Part shown: in pieces, positions 62,500 to 64,000 of the stretch | Layout: each line of letters opens with the position of its first letter | How positions within the stretch are numbered: the stretch's first letter is position 1 | Assembly: GCA_903844645.1 (NCBI GenBank) | Contig: CAIMUP010000013.1 | Coordinates: 1,428-65,427 of the forward strand | DNA length: 64,000 nucleotides | DNA from: an uncultured Bacteroidota bacterium | Lineage (GTDB): Bacteria > Bacteroidota > Bacteroidia > AKYH767-A > JABDAW01 | Direction of reading: 5' to 3' | Notes under the pieces: generated by a model | Seen by the model: the letters and a program-made list of their open reading frames with translations, nothing else | What the model was told of the DNA's origin: nothing | The model's database searches: none | Translations under genes and position numbers: made by a program

Positions 62500-64000
62500 T
62501 TATTTTAAATTCTTCTTAGCCTGCTCGATAGTAATTTTTTTATCGCCACTAAAAGCGACCACAAAAGCATCTTTGATACCCGCATTCACGACCATATTTC
62601 GTAGCTGAACCGCAGTATCGTAATCCCTTACCGAACCAGCAAAATAATAGGTCAAACCATCAGCATCCTTGGTGTGGGAAATACCTTTGTTGCTTAATTT
62701 TAAGAACAGATCCACCACCTCAAACGGCACCTGCTCGCGGTATGCCCCGAGTTGCACTTTGAAGCTGATCGTAGCCGCATCAATCGTTTCTTCGGTAGCT
62801 TTAAATTCGGGTTGCTTCGGGGGTTGAACAGGCGTAGTGTCTTTAATAATAACAATCGGGTTTGCCTTTACCGGTGCGGGTTCTGGAGTTTTTGTCGGAG
62901 GAATCGGCGTAGTGAATTTCATTGGGATAACGGTCTTTTCCAACTCTCGGGCTTGGTTCAAATTGATTCTGGAACCCTTGTAATATGCAACCACAAAAGC
63001 ATCCGGAACAAGCGTCCTCGCGATGTTGTTTTTAGCTGCATCGGCAGGAGGAAAGTAATTATAAAGCCCCGATAAAAAACGATAATAACCCTTGGCAGTA
63101 ACTTCGGTATTTAATGGTTTTAATGATTCAAGAATACCAGGCGGAGTCGCATTTCCATACACACCAACCTGAACCGTGTAGAACAATCCTTCATTATTTT
63201 TAATGTTAAAAGAAGAGGTGTTGGTAGGCGTGTTGTTGTTTTGAACAGCGGTGTTAGATGCGTTATTCGGGACATCAATAGGGGTTTTGATAGCCGCCAC
63301 CGGGGAGGTTTTTACCGCATTCCTGAAGGTATAAAGATTAATGTCGTTAGCTTCTGGGGCATACTTTTCAGGATAGATATTGTTGGCTTTAAGCACCTTC
63401 GTTTCCTCGACATAAACAAACTGATAGGTTTGCTGTTGAGGCGAAGTGAGGGCATGAATTAGTAAGCCCGCATCGTATATAGAAATCCTTTTTCCATCTC
63501 TGTATGCCACCACAAAAGCATCCCGATAACCCATTGCTCTAATCTCTTTCTTAGCCAAATTAGCACTCTCGAAAGTCTGGAATAAACCCGCAGTATAGCG
63601 CAACCACCCATTAGGTCCGTCCTCATAGGTAACAGGTTGTAAGCCTCTGAAAGCATCTCCCGAAACAGGTGCTCGGAATGCCCCAATCTGTACTTTAAAA
63701 TACAAGCCATCCGGTAATTTTTCGTTATGAGGAATTGGTTTTATTTCATTGTTGACAGTCTTCTCTTTGCTAATGTTAAAGACATATTTATTGGAAGAGG
63801 TATTTGCTTTTTCTTCCTTTAGTTTGTCGTTAATAATTTTTAAAGTATCTTTATTCGGTAAGTCAGATTTGTTGGCAACAACGGTCGTTGTGAGCTTTTC
63901 TTTTAGCATTATTGCCTCCGCTTTTTGATTATCCGATACTCTTGCCAAATCCTTTGCAACAACATAAATACTATCGGCATCATGTTGCTTGATTTCGGCA
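62500..64000 (-). CDS. SPOR-repeat protein (three sporulation-related peptidoglycan-binding repeats); the N-terminus probably lies beyond the window
   Basis: Three copies of 'Y(F/T)VQ(I/V)G(A/V)(F/Y)...A......L......G(Y/I)..AFVV(A/F)' resembling SPOR domains; the frame stays open upstream of the TTG at 63948 to the window edge. Confidence 0.55.
   Translation of the reverse strand, partial: AEIKQHDADSIYVVAKDLARVSDNQKAEAIMLKEKLTTTVVANKSDLPNKDTLKIINDKLKEEKANTSSNKYVFNISKEKTVNNEIKPIPHNEKLPDGLYFKVQIGAFRAPVSGDAFRGLQPVTYEDGPNGWLRYTAGLFQTFESANLAKKEIRAMGYRDAFVVAYRDGKRISIYDAGLLIHALTSPQQQTYQFVYVEETKVLKANNIYPEKYAPEANDINLYTFRNAVKTSPVAAIKTPIDVPNNASNTAVQNNNTPTNTSSFNIKNNEGLFYTVQVGVYGNATPPGILESLKPLNTEVTAKGYYRFLSGLYNYFPPADAAKNNIARTLVPDAFVVAYYKGSRINLNQARELEKTVIPMKFTTPIPPTKTPEPAPVKANPIVIIKDTTPVQPPKQPEFKATEETIDAATISFKVQLGAYREQVPFEVVDLFLKLSNKGISHTKDADGLTYYFAGSVRDYDTAVQLRNMVVNAGIKDAFVVAFSGDKKITIEQAKKNLK

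Overview
This 64-kb window looks like a Bacteroidota chromosome segment. The evidence is T9SS C-terminal sorting domains, SprB-type repeats, a gliding-motility type-B C-terminal domain, a TonB-dependent receptor followed by a DUF4249-like lipoprotein, and an apparent TTG-N18-TAnnTTTG promoter upstream of gyrA. Housekeeping genes are mixed with cell-surface and secretion genes: trxB, efp, acpH, gyrA, ffh, ribBA, a fused alpha/beta 2-oxoacid dehydrogenase E1, two SurA/PpiC-type peptidyl-prolyl isomerases, a MoxR ATPase, DPP-IV, TolC, TerC, YfhO, a UPF0175/DUF3368 toxin-antitoxin pair, a DUF1016 PD-(D/E)XK nuclease, and an alpha-oxoamine-synthase / GNAT-like / NAD-dependent-reductase operon. I found no rRNA, no tRNA, no CRISPR array and no transposase. 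The most striking feature is not a gene. At least 13 intergenic tandem-repeat arrays have completely different unit sequences but share the same 21-bp period; one array uses 42 bp. Most lie between co-directional genes and are free of stop codons in several frames on both strands. Two further loci combine this 21-bp phasing with long inverted repeats: a roughly 307-bp palindromic element with 73-bp terminal inverted repeats upstream of ribBA, and an AT-rich gene-free region at 54.2-54.8 kb. One array bridges the alpha-oxoamine synthase and the next gene in frame, separated by a single TAA. This recurring period is the candidate undescribed system in the window.
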